Source: Candidatus Melainabacteria bacterium 17Bon1m
GTDB taxonomy: Bacteria; Cyanobacteriota; Vampirovibrionia; Obscuribacterales; Obscuribacteraceae
Direction of reading: 5' to 3'
Assembly (NCBI GenBank): GCA_032128875.1
Contig: JAVLKG010000003.1
Span: 984,974-1,048,973 of the forward strand
DNA length: 64,000 bases
Shown here: positions 1 through 10,181 of the stretch, piece after piece
Numbering within the stretch: the stretch's first letter is position 1
Layout of the letters: each line of letters begins with the position of its first letter
Made by a program: the position numbers and the translations under genes
The notes under the pieces: model-generated
Told to the model about the DNA's origin: nothing
The model's database searches: none
Seen by the model: only the letters and a program-made list of their open reading frames with translations

Positions 1-241
1 TAAAAACAGAGCAGGGCCTGGCGGTTTAATCCGCGTGCTTTGCTTTTTTATTTGCAGCCTGCCAAAAGGAAGGCAGTCGTTTGCCGGCACACCCCACCGG
101 TCAGCGTTTGTGTCGACCTTTGACCACTGCTGCAAGGCGACGGCATATTGACTTTTACAATTGAGTGATACTGCAGGTGATGGCGTTGTCTATCGCTGAC
201 AGTAGCATCGTTCGCCCTGCCCCACCAAGGAAGGTTAGTTT

Positions 242-3200
242 ATGGCACCTCCGAATTCTGAAATCGCCCAAAAGCCTTACGCTGTCGAGGCATATGCACC
301 GCCTGCGGTGCCATTCCAGTTGCCGTCGATTGAGGTGTCTGCACCAGCAGAGACCCCCGCTGTCCCAGGCAGAGCTCTTCCCGGCGGGTTGGAAGGTGTC
401 CGCTCCGACACCTTTCGTGCTCCCGGACTTGTCAATCCAAATGACAGAGCACAACTGAAGCGCGATGAAATAATTCAGTTTGTCGACTTCGACGGACAGA
501 AATTGCCGGAGGTTCGCGTTGCGGGAAAAAACGGCGAGTACCTCGGGCGCGACAAAGAGCGCGGCGATAGAATTACCGAGATTAACTTCGCCGGCAATAA
601 GAAGTCGGCACTCGTCTGTTATGCAAACGACGCTGCCACTTCACCCAACCGAATCGACATAACCGAGAGAGCATCAGACGGGATGATGAGCCGCACTAGC
701 TATAGGCAAGAAGATAGCGGCAAGTGGGGACTGTATGTCAACGATCGCCGACTTACTCAGTTGCCGGGTGATGTAAAACTGGCTCAGGACGGCACGATCT
801 CGCATGAGACGGGCGACGGATATTGGCACACAGAGCGCCTCGATGGATCTGTTGTAACAGAGAAACAGTTGGCAGGCGGTGCGCGTGTAGCAGTCGGTAA
901 TGATGGCTCTGTTTCGCAAGTAAGCAGACCTGACGGTTCGCGTGTGGAAGTGCAGAAGATAGCGGGGCAGCCGTATTCTGTGACTGAAATCGACGCGAAT
1001 GGGCAAAGCGTCAACTGGACGAACAGTGATGGTTCTTGGACAAGCGCGCAAAAACCGGGCGAAGTCCGAAAGAACATCAAGCTCTATAACAACGGCTTAT
1101 TGTCTTTCGAATCAGGTGACAGCAGAACACATGTTCTCGGCAACGGCAACGAACTGAAAGAATCTACATCGGCTGAGAGTATCAAGTTCGATGAACAGGG
1201 ACGTCTCAAGGCAATTTCCTACCCTAACGGCGACACGCGCAATGTGGTTTTCGAAGAGGGCACCGACCGTATTAAGTCTATGACCTACACGACTAAAGCC
1301 ACAGGGCAGATCAGCGAGTACACTCGCGTCGGCTCTGAAGAAAAGTTCGAGTTCAAGGGAACGGACGCCAAAGGCAAGGTCAAAACTGGCAAGTGGAACG
1401 GCTCGATTGACTGCAGCCCCGACGGAACATTCACAATTAAGGACGGCGAAGGCAACGGAAGAAAAGTCGACGGCTTCGTCACCAAAACACCGACCGACGG
1501 AAAGACATATCTCGAAAAGAAAAACGCCGACGGCTCGACTTTGATTTGCAATAAGGACAAAGAACTGCAGGCGCTTTTGCGCCCGGATGGTTCTAACGTA
1601 GAAGTGCAAAGAGAAGGCTCGCAGATAACGAAAGTGAGCGAGACTAGACCGGACGGACGCACGGTCAATTTCAGTTATGACGCTGGAACTAAAGCCTGGT
1701 CGAGCGACAATTCTCACATTCCAATCTCGAAGAACCAGCCTGTCGATGCTGATGGCAACTTGAAGTTCAAGACTGTCGACGGTTCGGTGCATTCGGTTGC
1801 TACTGATGGCAAAGAACGTGTGGTCACCAAGGACGGTGCCACGCTGGAAAACAATTCGAAAGGCGAGCTTGAAAGAATTACACAACGCAATGGTGAATAC
1901 CGAGTCGTTAACCGGGACGGTGACACGGTCAATGGCTTCTCTGATTATGACAAAACCGGTGCTCTAAAACGAGAGCTGAAAGGTGTTTCAAACCTGACCC
2001 TCGACAAGGACGGCAACTTCAAATACACCGATGCCAATGGCTCCACGATTGAAGAGCGGTCAAATTTTTCACGAGTGGAGAATGATGCCAGCGGGCGCAT
2101 TGCGAAAGTAACCCGCCCTGACGGCTCTCACCGCGATTTCACCTACGACGCGACAACCGGAGAATTGGCAAAGATTTCCGACGTCACGAAGTCGGAAAAA
2201 GGGGAGCGCACTGATGACTGGACAAGAAAACGCAACGCTGCACCACCGCAAGGAGACGGAAAGTATAGTGACACTTTCGAGCGACTCCGCCCGCAAGATG
2301 GAAAGTCCGTAGAGTCGCGTACCAATGTTCAACTGGATCCATCCGGCGACTACACGTTCAAAGATCAAAAAGGGCGCGAGCGTGAATCGAGAGTATCAGA
2401 GCGTTTTCGCCGCAGTGGTGACGGTTTTACTTCTGCCACGATCGAAGAAGCTCACTACAATTTTCTCGACGAAATGCGCATGAACGTCAAGGATGAGTCG
2501 AAGTTGGAGCGACTCGAGTTAATGATGAATGGATTCGAGCAACGCTTCAACGACTCGGTTGAGCTGCGTGTTGCCGCCGGACAATCGGAGGATGCTGCTC
2601 GTGAAAAAATGGAGCAAAAGGTCGCCGCAACCTATGACCATTTAACTCGGATGGTGCAGGCTGACGATGCCGCCATCGACAGCAAAGAAAATCGCGTGAT
2701 GCTGGCTGAAACATTCATGTATCACGCATGGGAGCCGGAGACTGTTAACCAGCAAGGGTGGGGCTCGTGCTGGCTGCAGTCCGGATACATCCCCTGTGGT
2801 CTCGGCAAGAATACAGACGATATGGCGAAAGTACTTGCCGACGTCAGTCTGACCGGCCGATACACAGACAAAAAGGGCAACAGCTACGACTTCAAACGTG
2901 ACCACCTAGGCATTCACTCTCGAGCCGACGGTGCCGGCTGGAGCATTCAGAATGCCACCCAAGACAATTCACAGCCCAGCCCAGTTGCACACCGTTTGGA
3001 CAGAACGCTTTCCGTCATGGACCGTGGTGCCGGCTATGGGGGCGCCGGCAACTCGCAGCGTATCCGTACAGGTGGCGGCGGACAGCGGGAGATCATGCGC
3101 CGGGTGACGGGCGACGAATTGCTCTACACCAACTATCCGCACAGCCGCAAAGAAAGACTGGCAATGCTCGAGGCTGGCGGTGCTCAGCGCAGTGGCGGGC

Positions 3201-3502
3201 CCGGGCACGTGGCGACACTGGCAATGCGCAAAATTGGGGAAAACTGGGCGATTGTTCGGGGCGATCAGTACGACGGTCGGGACCGCGTCATCTCAGTCAT
3301 TCGTGACCTTAAGCAGTGGCTGAACACCGGCGAAAGCGCGCGCATTGAGCGCTCCTTCGCCCCAGCCTGGAATAAGGAATTCAAAATTGCCGACAATGTC
3401 AGGCCGAGTGACTTCAAGCCTGGACCGAATCGTTTCAACGACGACGATGATAACGATCGCCCAGTTCGTCCGTTCCGCCGGTTCTTCCGGCGCCGCGGTT
3501 AG
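242..3502 (+). CDS. Large repeat protein (YD/RHS-like beta-hairpin repeats) with C-terminal papain-like cysteine-peptidase-like domain
   Basis: 1086-aa ORF; many 'xxPDGSxxxx' / 'D(G/K)xGxLxxI' hairpin repeats over the first ~720 aa; C-terminal NQQGWGSCW (Q..GxCW), GPGHVATL and RGDQY resemble a Cys-His catalytic set. Confidence 0.6.
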   Translation: MAPPNSEIAQKPYAVEAYAPPAVPFQLPSIEVSAPAETPAVPGRALPGGLEGVRSDTFRAPGLVNPNDRAQLKRDEIIQFVDFDGQKLPEVRVAGKNGEYLGRDKERGDRITEINFAGNKKSALVCYANDAATSPNRIDITERASDGMMSRTSYRQEDSGKWGLYVNDRRLTQLPGDVKLAQDGTISHETGDGYWHTERLDGSVVTEKQLAGGARVAVGNDGSVSQVSRPDGSRVEVQKIAGQPYSVTEIDANGQSVNWTNSDGSWTSAQKPGEVRKNIKLYNNGLLSFESGDSRTHVLGNGNELKESTSAESIKFDEQGRLKAISYPNGDTRNVVFEEGTDRIKSMTYTTKATGQISEYTRVGSEEKFEFKGTDAKGKVKTGKWNGSIDCSPDGTFTIKDGEGNGRKVDGFVTKTPTDGKTYLEKKNADGSTLICNKDKELQALLRPDGSNVEVQREGSQITKVSETRPDGRTVNFSYDAGTKAWSSDNSHIPISKNQPVDADGNLKFKTVDGSVHSVATDGKERVVTKDGATLENNSKGELERITQRNGEYRVVNRDGDTVNGFSDYDKTGALKRELKGVSNLTLDKDGNFKYTDANGSTIEERSNFSRVENDASGRIAKVTRPDGSHRDFTYDATTGELAKISDVTKSEKGERTDDWTRKRNAAPPQGDGKYSDTFERLRPQDGKSVESRTNVQLDPSGDYTFKDQKGRERESRVSERFRRSGDGFTSATIEEAHYNFLDEMRMNVKDESKLERLELMMNGFEQRFNDSVELRVAAGQSEDAAREKMEQKVAATYDHLTRMVQADDAAIDSKENRVMLAETFMYHAWEPETVNQQGWGSCWLQSGYIPCGLGKNTDDMAKVLADVSLTGRYTDKKGNSYDFKRDHLGIHSRADGAGWSIQNATQDNSQPSPVAHRLDRTLSVMDRGAGYGGAGNSQRIRTGGGGQREIMRRVTGDELLYTNYPHSRKERLAMLEAGGAQRSGGPGHVATLAMRKIGENWAIVRGDQYDGRDRVISVIRDLKQWLNTGESARIERSFAPAWNKEFKIADNVRPSDFKPGPNRFNDDDDNDRPVRPFRRFFRRRG

Positions 3503-3642
3503 CCGGTGGCAGCACACGGGGCAGGATTGCCTGCCCCTAAAATCACAAACGTCAAGCAGGCTAATGTGATTGCACGTTCACGCCAAATTCATGTTGTCAG
3601 TATTAATCTTTAGGTCCACCTCCTGCAACAAATCTGAAACTC

Positions 3643-4911
3643 TTGTTGATTACCTTTGAATCAACTCCCCCTCCTGCACCAAAAGTTTCTAAAGCCATGC
3701 AATTACTAAATTCTGCTGCTTTTTCCTCTTCTTTCACCTCTGATTCGGGCGTTCCTGAAACCTGGCTGGACAGAGTCTGTCTGCCGGCAGTAGAGACGCG
3801 AACGCAAGAAATTCTCAGCCAGGCGCTCGCCGCGAGACTTGACCAGGTGTTGGAACTCTACGACGACTTCATAGCTGCATACGACCGCTACCGCTCGAAT
3901 CGCGGACCGCGCCCTGATGCTGGTTTGTTGGCAGTCCTGCGTTTTCTCGATGATCTCCGTCCTGCCGATATAGATGTATTGATTCAAGCGCTTCGTCGGC
4001 TCGAAACCTCCAATCCATCGCCTGACGCGACCAAATGTCTCGAACGTATGGGTGCTCTGTTGAATCGTCTGGAAGCGGACAGACGGCTCAAGGTTGTAGC
4101 CTTGCTTGGCGAGCTGAAACGACTCGAGTCTCACGAGAGCAGCGAATACAAGGAATGCTTTATTCGGATAAGAAAGGACGAAATCGCACGCTTATCTATG
4201 ATCATCAGCAGCGAACTCCAAATCTTGGACGATTCCCTCGCTGGCGGTCGCATCGCCAAGCTCAATATCGTCAAACTCTTGCCTCTCTTTATTCGTTATC
4301 GCCTGGCTATGGACACGCAAGATCTCGACAAAGCCACCACGCTGGTTTCCGAGATGAGTCAGTTCAGCCAAATGCACCTCACATTGTTCGGCTTGCACCT
4401 GACGGCGCAAGAAATGGAGTCCTTCGGTAAGCGTATTACTCAACTGCGCAAGCGCAATTTGCAGATGTTCCAAATGAAAGGTTGGACAGAAGCTGCTCGA
4501 CAAGCCAGTCGCCTCGAGCAGGAAATCGCGGAGTGCTTTTTAACCCTCACGGGTGAAGATCGTTTGGAAGCGCAAAAAGCGCTGTGCAGATTTGAAAACG
4601 CTGAATCGACCGTAGATGAAATGGTGGCGCTGTCCGATTTGCACAAGTACAGTCCGGAAATCGCCGGCAAAGCTAAAGAATGGCGCTCGCTAACTGACGA
4701 TGTGTGCAACTGCAGAAAGATCGGACAACAACTGGAGCGCGTTCAAAACGGCATCGCTGTTTTCGGACCCGGATTTGCGCCGCCGCAACTTGGTGTTGTG
4801 GATGAAGAGTTTGTGCAAAGCAAAGAAAGCCAAGAAATTACGAGCGAGATGCAGGCGTTCACCAAATTTGAAACGCTGGTTAATTGCATGAATGCGGTAA
4901 TGAATTTCTAG
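3643..4911 (+). CDS. Hypothetical alpha-helical protein
   Basis: 422-aa ORF, L/E/R-rich helical pattern; start codon uncertain. Confidence 0.55.
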   Translation: MLITFESTPPPAPKVSKAMQLLNSAAFSSSFTSDSGVPETWLDRVCLPAVETRTQEILSQALAARLDQVLELYDDFIAAYDRYRSNRGPRPDAGLLAVLRFLDDLRPADIDVLIQALRRLETSNPSPDATKCLERMGALLNRLEADRRLKVVALLGELKRLESHESSEYKECFIRIRKDEIARLSMIISSELQILDDSLAGGRIAKLNIVKLLPLFIRYRLAMDTQDLDKATTLVSEMSQFSQMHLTLFGLHLTAQEMESFGKRITQLRKRNLQMFQMKGWTEAARQASRLEQEIAECFLTLTGEDRLEAQKALCRFENAESTVDEMVALSDLHKYSPEIAGKAKEWRSLTDDVCNCRKIGQQLERVQNGIAVFGPGFAPPQLGVVDEEFVQSKESQEITSEMQAFTKFETLVNCMNAVMNF

Positions 4912-4925
4912 TCGCTAGTTAAAAA

Positions 4926-5342
4926 CTAGTGAATCGATATTTCAGCAGTGACTCGGCTGCTGCTTGGCACTGCCCGAGCTTCATCCAGGTGTGTCATTGA
5001 GCCGGCTACAATCTTCCAGCCGTCTTCTTTTCTGACCCAGATCCGCATGAAATTCATCGCCAGTCTTCCGTCCGGTCCTTCATAGTTGCCATATCCGGTA
5101 ACTATCGCCGTGTCGCCCTGCTCTAATATTTTCATGTCCGTGACTTCGACCCGGTCGAATTTTTGAGCCTTGTTAGGCTGATGCTTGTCTACGATGAATG
5201 CTTTGGGTGAGCAAATGTCGCCGTCAACCATAAGCACCATTTGGTCGTCTAAATAAGTTTGAAAGAAATTTGGGTTTGGTTTCAAGTCCGCCTGCCGCAG
5301 CAGCTCTTCGAGCTCTGCGATTTCCCTTTCAACACTAGACAT
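4926..5342 (-). CDS. NTF2-like (DUF4440) protein
   Basis: GDTAIVTG ... FMRIWVRKEDGWKIVA pattern typical of the family. Confidence 0.75.
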   Translation of the reverse strand: MSSVEREIAELEELLRQADLKPNPNFFQTYLDDQMVLMVDGDICSPKAFIVDKHQPNKAQKFDRVEVTDMKILEQGDTAIVTGYGNYEGPDGRLAMNFMRIWVRKEDGWKIVAGSMTHLDEARAVPSSSRVTAEISIH

Positions 5343-5503
5343 AAGGTCTTTCCACCCAGCAACGTCAATATTAAATTAGCCGCAGTCGAAGACGCCGGTG
5401 CGGCGCCTCTACTTCTATTCTTGGCCACAACGTTCATACTGCATATCCCCCCAAATCGGTATAATAAGCCCTTGTTTTGGGCGTTCCAGGCAGGTTTGTA
5501 TAT

Positions 5504-6946
5504 ATGAAAGATGGTTCCGGTGACAGAACAAGAGTCGTTCTTCTAGCGGCTGGGCAGGGCAAGCGCATGAAGTCGGACTTGCCAAAGGTTTTGCATGAAG
5601 TGCTTGGCAAAACGATTTTGGGCCGGTTGATGGCTGCCAGTGATGAGCTGAAGCCAGAACATATCCACATTGTCATCGGGCATGAGGCAGAGCAGGTCGA
5701 GAAATTCATTCAAGACAATCCATCTGCGACTCCAGTTTCCACTCATTTGCAGAAGCCTCAGCTCGGCACTGGCCATGCGCTCATGCAGGTGGCACCAAGC
5801 TTGAAAGACTTTACCGGCACATTGGTCGTCTCGGTTGCCGACACGCCATTGCTGACAGGCGCAACATTGAAGGCTCTGGTTGATGCACATCGCGAGAGCA
5901 AGGCTGTTGTGTCTCTTCTCACCACTGATGTTGAGGATGCGAAAAACTACGGTCGAATTACGCGCAACGAGACGGGCGAAGTGACCGGCATTGTCGAGCA
6001 CAAAGACGCAACCGAAGCACAACGCGCAATCAAAGAAATCAATCCAGCAATCTACTGCTTTGCGTGGCCGCAAGTCGAAGCTGCGCTGTCGACGTTGAAA
6101 AACGACAACCAGCAGAAAGAGTATTACCTCACCGATGTGATCGGTTGGGCGCACAAAAATTCTCACAAAATTGCATCGGCGAAAGTGCCTGACTGGCGCG
6201 AAGTCGCTGGTATCAACTCTAGATTGGAACTTGCCGAAGCGATTCGATTGATGCGCGACATCACAATCAATAACCTGGCGCTAGAGTCGGGTGTCACTAT
6301 TGTTGATACGCAAGGAACGTGGATCGCCCCCGAAGTCAAAATCGGCAAGGACACCGTTGTTTTGCCGGGCTGCTATTTGACCGGAGAAATCGAAATCGGT
6401 CAAAAATGCACCATCGGACCGAACACTGTGATGAAGGGCGTTGTGCATGTCGGCGACGGTTCAACTGTTGCCCAGTCGCTCGTGCAAAACTCAGATATCG
6501 GCGCGAACTGCAGGGTTGGACCGTTCTCTCAATTGAGAGAGCATGCTGTATTGCACGATCAGGTCAAGATTGGAAACTTTGTTGAGATCAAAAAGAGCAT
6601 CATCAACAACAAGACTAGTGTTGGGCATTTGAGCTATATCGGTGATTCTACGCTGGGTTCGGCCGTAAACATCGGTGCAGGAACAATCACTGCCAACTAC
6701 GACCATATCACCAAGAAAAAAGAGCTTACCACCATATGTGATGGCGCCTCAACTGGCAGCAATTCTGTTCTCGTCGCTCCGGTGACACTTGAAGAAGGCG
6801 CTGTCGTTGCTGCTGGAACAGTAGTAACCAAGACCGTTCCCAAAGGAGCGCTGGCTATTACCCGTACTCCTCAAAAGAACCATGAGGGCTGGGCCGAAGA
6901 ACGCAAGAGAAAAGCTGAAGCTGCAAAACTCGAAGCAGCGAAGTAA
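5504..6946 (+). CDS. glmU: Bifunctional UDP-GlcNAc pyrophosphorylase / glucosamine-1-P acetyltransferase
   Basis: LAAGQGKRMKSDLPKVLH, QLGTGHA, EYYLTD, GNFVEIKK, HLSYIGD, GAGTITANYD, hexapeptide repeats; ATG at 5504 preferred to TTG at 5477. Confidence 0.97.
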   Translation: MKDGSGDRTRVVLLAAGQGKRMKSDLPKVLHEVLGKTILGRLMAASDELKPEHIHIVIGHEAEQVEKFIQDNPSATPVSTHLQKPQLGTGHALMQVAPSLKDFTGTLVVSVADTPLLTGATLKALVDAHRESKAVVSLLTTDVEDAKNYGRITRNETGEVTGIVEHKDATEAQRAIKEINPAIYCFAWPQVEAALSTLKNDNQQKEYYLTDVIGWAHKNSHKIASAKVPDWREVAGINSRLELAEAIRLMRDITINNLALESGVTIVDTQGTWIAPEVKIGKDTVVLPGCYLTGEIEIGQKCTIGPNTVMKGVVHVGDGSTVAQSLVQNSDIGANCRVGPFSQLREHAVLHDQVKIGNFVEIKKSIINNKTSVGHLSYIGDSTLGSAVNIGAGTITANYDHITKKKELTTICDGASTGSNSVLVAPVTLEEGAVVAAGTVVTKTVPKGALAITRTPQKNHEGWAEERKRKAEAAKLEAAK

Positions 6947-7008
6947 CGATCGAAGTTTCGCACTGCTTTTGCGTAGTTTGATTCGTGTTTGCGTTGAGCG
7001 CTTTGGAT

Positions 7009-7073
7009 TAGTGCCTCGCGGGCACCTTAACATAATGCCCCGCCGGCATCTTGACGTAGTGCCCGAGTGGCGC
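7009..7073. repeat. Three tandem 24-bp units each forming a TGCC-n5-GGCR hairpin
   Basis: tagtgcctcgcgggcaccttaaca / taatgccccgccggcatcttgacg / tagtgcccgagtggcgc, downstream of glmU. Confidence 0.6.
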
Positions 7074-7083
7074 AAGCAGGCAT

Positions 7084-7416
7084 TCAGTTAAGGAAACCCG
7101 CCATCAGAATGAAGAATGGTGCGATATATGAGCAAACGTAGAGAATAGGAATGAAAAAGTTCGGCTTGCACCGAATCGGTTCAGGATAACGCATCCCGCA
7201 CGGCATAAGCTTTTCGGTTGGTGCTGAATTTTGATCGAGGCAGACAACTTCGGAGCCGTTCGTAATGTAATTGAGTTTCTCTTGCGGAATGTTGGTTGGA
7301 ACAATACGCAGTCGCTCAAACTTAGAGCCAGAACTAACTCGAAGCGTGGTTATCGGATTGAATTGAATAGCTTCCTTTTGAACGCTGACCGTTTCCACTC
7401 TGAAGCCTCCGTTCAC
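7084..7416 (-). CDS. Hypothetical protein with C-terminal transmembrane segment
   Basis: 110-aa ORF ending in hydrophobic FFIPILYVCSYIAPFFILMAGFL. Confidence 0.4.
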   Translation of the reverse strand: MNGGFRVETVSVQKEAIQFNPITTLRVSSGSKFERLRIVPTNIPQEKLNYITNGSEVVCLDQNSAPTEKLMPCGMRYPEPIRCKPNFFIPILYVCSYIAPFFILMAGFLN

Positions 7417-7596
7417 CCATCAAATCACATTTTGTTATTTGGCGAACCGGCGCCGGCGACCTAAAATCAAGGATTAGCACGGCGCAGGGTTTTCAATAGT
7501 GCAATGGGTGCGGGTTTGCGGGTATCCTTCTATTCAGAGACTTTGAGTCCTGTACCCATAAATTGGGCATATTGGACCAATGTGTGAGGGCTGAAT

Positions 7597-8553
7597 ATGG
7601 CCGACGAGGAATCCCCAAAAAAAGATAGACGGAAACCGGGCTCGGGCGCCGGTGCGTCTGGTGAGGCCGAAAAGAAAGCGGACGAAGGTAAGTCCGAAGG
7701 TTCGTCTGTCCCCAGTAACGAAATGCCATCACCCTCAGACACCTTTAATCGCGGTCTAAAAGCGATTTCTAAAGATGCGCGCCCGGAAGATTTTGAAGAC
7801 CTGCAAGGTCTTTACTCAATCATGTATATGGAGCGCAAAGCAGAGCGCTATTTCAAGCGCGATCCAAATGAACCGCCGAGCCCTGACGACACTATGACTG
7901 CGGGCAACAAGCCTTACGACAAAACCGAAGGGTATGTTTTTCCCTTTCGTGGCAAAGAAGCGGAAAAGTTGGCTGAGTGCACAAAGGTAGAGTCGAAGGC
8001 ATTTTTGACGGCAGCCGCAATGTTCAAAGATTTGAGCCGTTATATGTGGGCTCCACGTTTGCTGCGACAGCTTGTCGGAAATGAGATTCACTACTACGAT
8101 CCAATCGATATCGAACGCGACAAGAACGCGCGCAAAGGTGTGATTAAGAGCAATAGCCAGACCTTCGGCTATACGCAGGTTTCAATTAACGCTGTAAAGC
8201 TCTACGTACTCGAGTTCCCGATCTTGCGGCAGTATTTCGAGCGGAAAAATCACGTAGGAGCCGACTACGAAATTAGAGCATTGCTCGATCCTCAATGTGC
8301 CGCGATGATTGTTGCTGCTGTTTGCGAGCACCATTTGAAACTCTGGAAAGGACAGGACAATGATGACGGCGTCCCTATTCCAATTAATGAGCGAACTTTG
8401 GCATACGGCTATAACCCTGATGTCTATGACGTCAACGGGACATTGGAGACGTCGCCTGTTCCAATCTACGGCGCAAGGAAAATCTTGATGCCGTCAGAGC
8501 GCGTGGTTGCCGTTTCAAAACACGTCAAAAAAGTTTTTGAGCAAGACTACTAG
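7597..8553 (+). CDS. Hypothetical protein, possible lysozyme-like fold
   Basis: 318-aa ORF; GNEI ... TFGYTQVS ... LLDP ... AYGYN spacing resembles transglycosylase-like motifs (weak). Confidence 0.5.
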   Translation: MADEESPKKDRRKPGSGAGASGEAEKKADEGKSEGSSVPSNEMPSPSDTFNRGLKAISKDARPEDFEDLQGLYSIMYMERKAERYFKRDPNEPPSPDDTMTAGNKPYDKTEGYVFPFRGKEAEKLAECTKVESKAFLTAAAMFKDLSRYMWAPRLLRQLVGNEIHYYDPIDIERDKNARKGVIKSNSQTFGYTQVSINAVKLYVLEFPILRQYFERKNHVGADYEIRALLDPQCAAMIVAAVCEHHLKLWKGQDNDDGVPIPINERTLAYGYNPDVYDVNGTLETSPVPIYGARKILMPSERVVAVSKHVKKVFEQDY

Positions 8554-8591
8554 TTTTCCAATTCGGAACATAGCCGGCGAGCCGCCCGTGT

Positions 8592-9182
8592 TCAAATGAT
8601 TCTGAAGTACCGCGCAGCAACGACAAATATCGTGGTGAAGAAAAACATCACGATGAACCATATTGAAAAAGCGATCAGCGGCTTCAAACTTTTGAAGCGA
8701 TATAAGACTGACGCGAGCCAGACGCCAAACAGCGGTGGGACAGATGCGATCAAGATGGCAATAGTTGCAGCCATTCCGCCTTTCAACAGTACGGGATATG
8801 GTTCTATCCCTGTCTTGAGCATTTTGTACGCACCATCTACAAGCTGCGGATTTCTCTGCAATACGTAGAACATTCCGAGCGGAATCAAAAATGAGAAAAC
8901 GGTCCGCAGCGTCCACCACACAAAGCGCATGAATAGCCCATCGTCAGCGAAAAACTTCTCTACTGCGCCCCGTGGTTTTGCTGGTTCGCCAGTCGCTGGG
9001 ATGGAAGGGACTGGTGGCGTATTTGGTTGCGGCTCCGCCGCTTCGTTTGCAGCATGAGCGCTATCCAAATCAAATTCGATGCCGTTCTCTTCAGCCGGTT
9101 GGTATTTCTCGACCAATTGCGCGCCTCTTAGTGGAGAACTAGCCTTCCAATTCGGGGAATTCTTCGCGCACTGCGCTTTCAC
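8592..9182 (-). CDS. Membrane protein (about 3 TM helices)
   Basis: Three hydrophobic stretches in the C-terminal half; true start probably downstream of 9182. Confidence 0.6.
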   Translation of the reverse strand: MKAQCAKNSPNWKASSPLRGAQLVEKYQPAEENGIEFDLDSAHAANEAAEPQPNTPPVPSIPATGEPAKPRGAVEKFFADDGLFMRFVWWTLRTVFSFLIPLGMFYVLQRNPQLVDGAYKMLKTGIEPYPVLLKGGMAATIAILIASVPPLFGVWLASVLYRFKSLKPLIAFSIWFIVMFFFTTIFVVAARYFRII

Positions 9183-9447
9183 TGTTGGCTAGATAGTCGA
9201 GGCGGCGGCGCTCGGCTTCGGCGAATTGCGGAGATTCAATCGTCAGCATCTTCACCAGATTCATTGGTATCAAGTGCTTGGAATAATCCCGCGAATGTGG
9301 TCTATCAGTATCGCCGTACGATTCCAATTCGATATAGTCGTGCCCGATACGCAGAACCCGCCCAATAACGGTGGTTCCGTCAGCAAAGTGCAACCGCACC
9401 CAGGCGCGGCTGTCGGCGAGTTTTTCCAATCTGAGCTTGAGATTCAT
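9139..9447 (-). CDS. Small protein, Sm/LSm-like fold candidate
   Basis: VRLHFADGTTVIGRVLRIGHDYIEL ... HLIPMNLVKML matches Sm1/Sm2-like pattern. Confidence 0.55.
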   Translation of the reverse strand: MNLKLRLEKLADSRAWVRLHFADGTTVIGRVLRIGHDYIELESYGDTDRPHSRDYSKHLIPMNLVKMLTIESPQFAEAERRRLDYLANSESAVREEFPELEG

Positions 9448-9986
9448 ATGTATTCTGTACTTAGGTTGCCTGTACTTATTCTATGCATTTCACTGATTTC
9501 ATCTTAGCATCGCGTCCGATAAGTCGCCGGAAGCCCGCAAGCGATCCTGAAAAGCTTTGCAGGGCGGCAACTGTGGCAGGATCACCCAATTGTATTTCGA
9601 TTGGGAACACATCACCATATATGGCGTCGTGTCAAGCGTGGAAACTAGCGACCAAGCCGCTTTCCGAAATAGATGATAGCTAGAAAGGATATGCAAAAAA
9701 TCTTTGAGTTCAATTAAAGAACTAGCAAAGAAGTCAAGCATTCATTTTTTGTATAGACGGGCTAAACTGGCTTCAGGTGAAGCTTTTCGAGATCAATCAA
9801 AACAAAATTATCGGTATGTCCACCGTATAAATTAGGGATCTCTGAGCGATAACCAAACCTCCTGTAACAGTGCGCGGAAGTATGTCGTATTGACGAGTTC
9901 AATCAAAAAGCCGCCGACGAAAACAGGTCAAAAAGAAAGAAAGCAGCGTATTTAAACCACTAACACTCCCAAGGTAAAAACTAGAA

Positions 9987-10181
9987 ATGGCGGCATTGAT
10001 GCAAGAAGATAGCCTTCCGGCGAACCTTCAGAAGCGCATTGAGGAATTGAGAGGAAAAGAATCGAGCTACTGGGAAGACGAAATGTTTTCGCCTGAAGCG
10101 CTCACGAATCTCAATTACAGAGGTGAGTTAGAACGTATTTTCAATCTCGATCCGCTCGGACCGCTTCCGCCTTCGCTATAA
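9987..10181 (+). CDS. Small hypothetical protein
   Basis: 64-aa ORF with AAGG RBS-like site upstream; convergent overlap with coaX. Confidence 0.45.
   Translation: MAALMQEDSLPANLQKRIEELRGKESSYWEDEMFSPEALTNLNYRGELERIFNLDPLGPLPPSL

Noticed and set aside
1112-1885. 257-aa antisense ORF and similar antisense frames in long genes
   Set aside because: Opposite well-supported CDSs, with no recognisable motifs.
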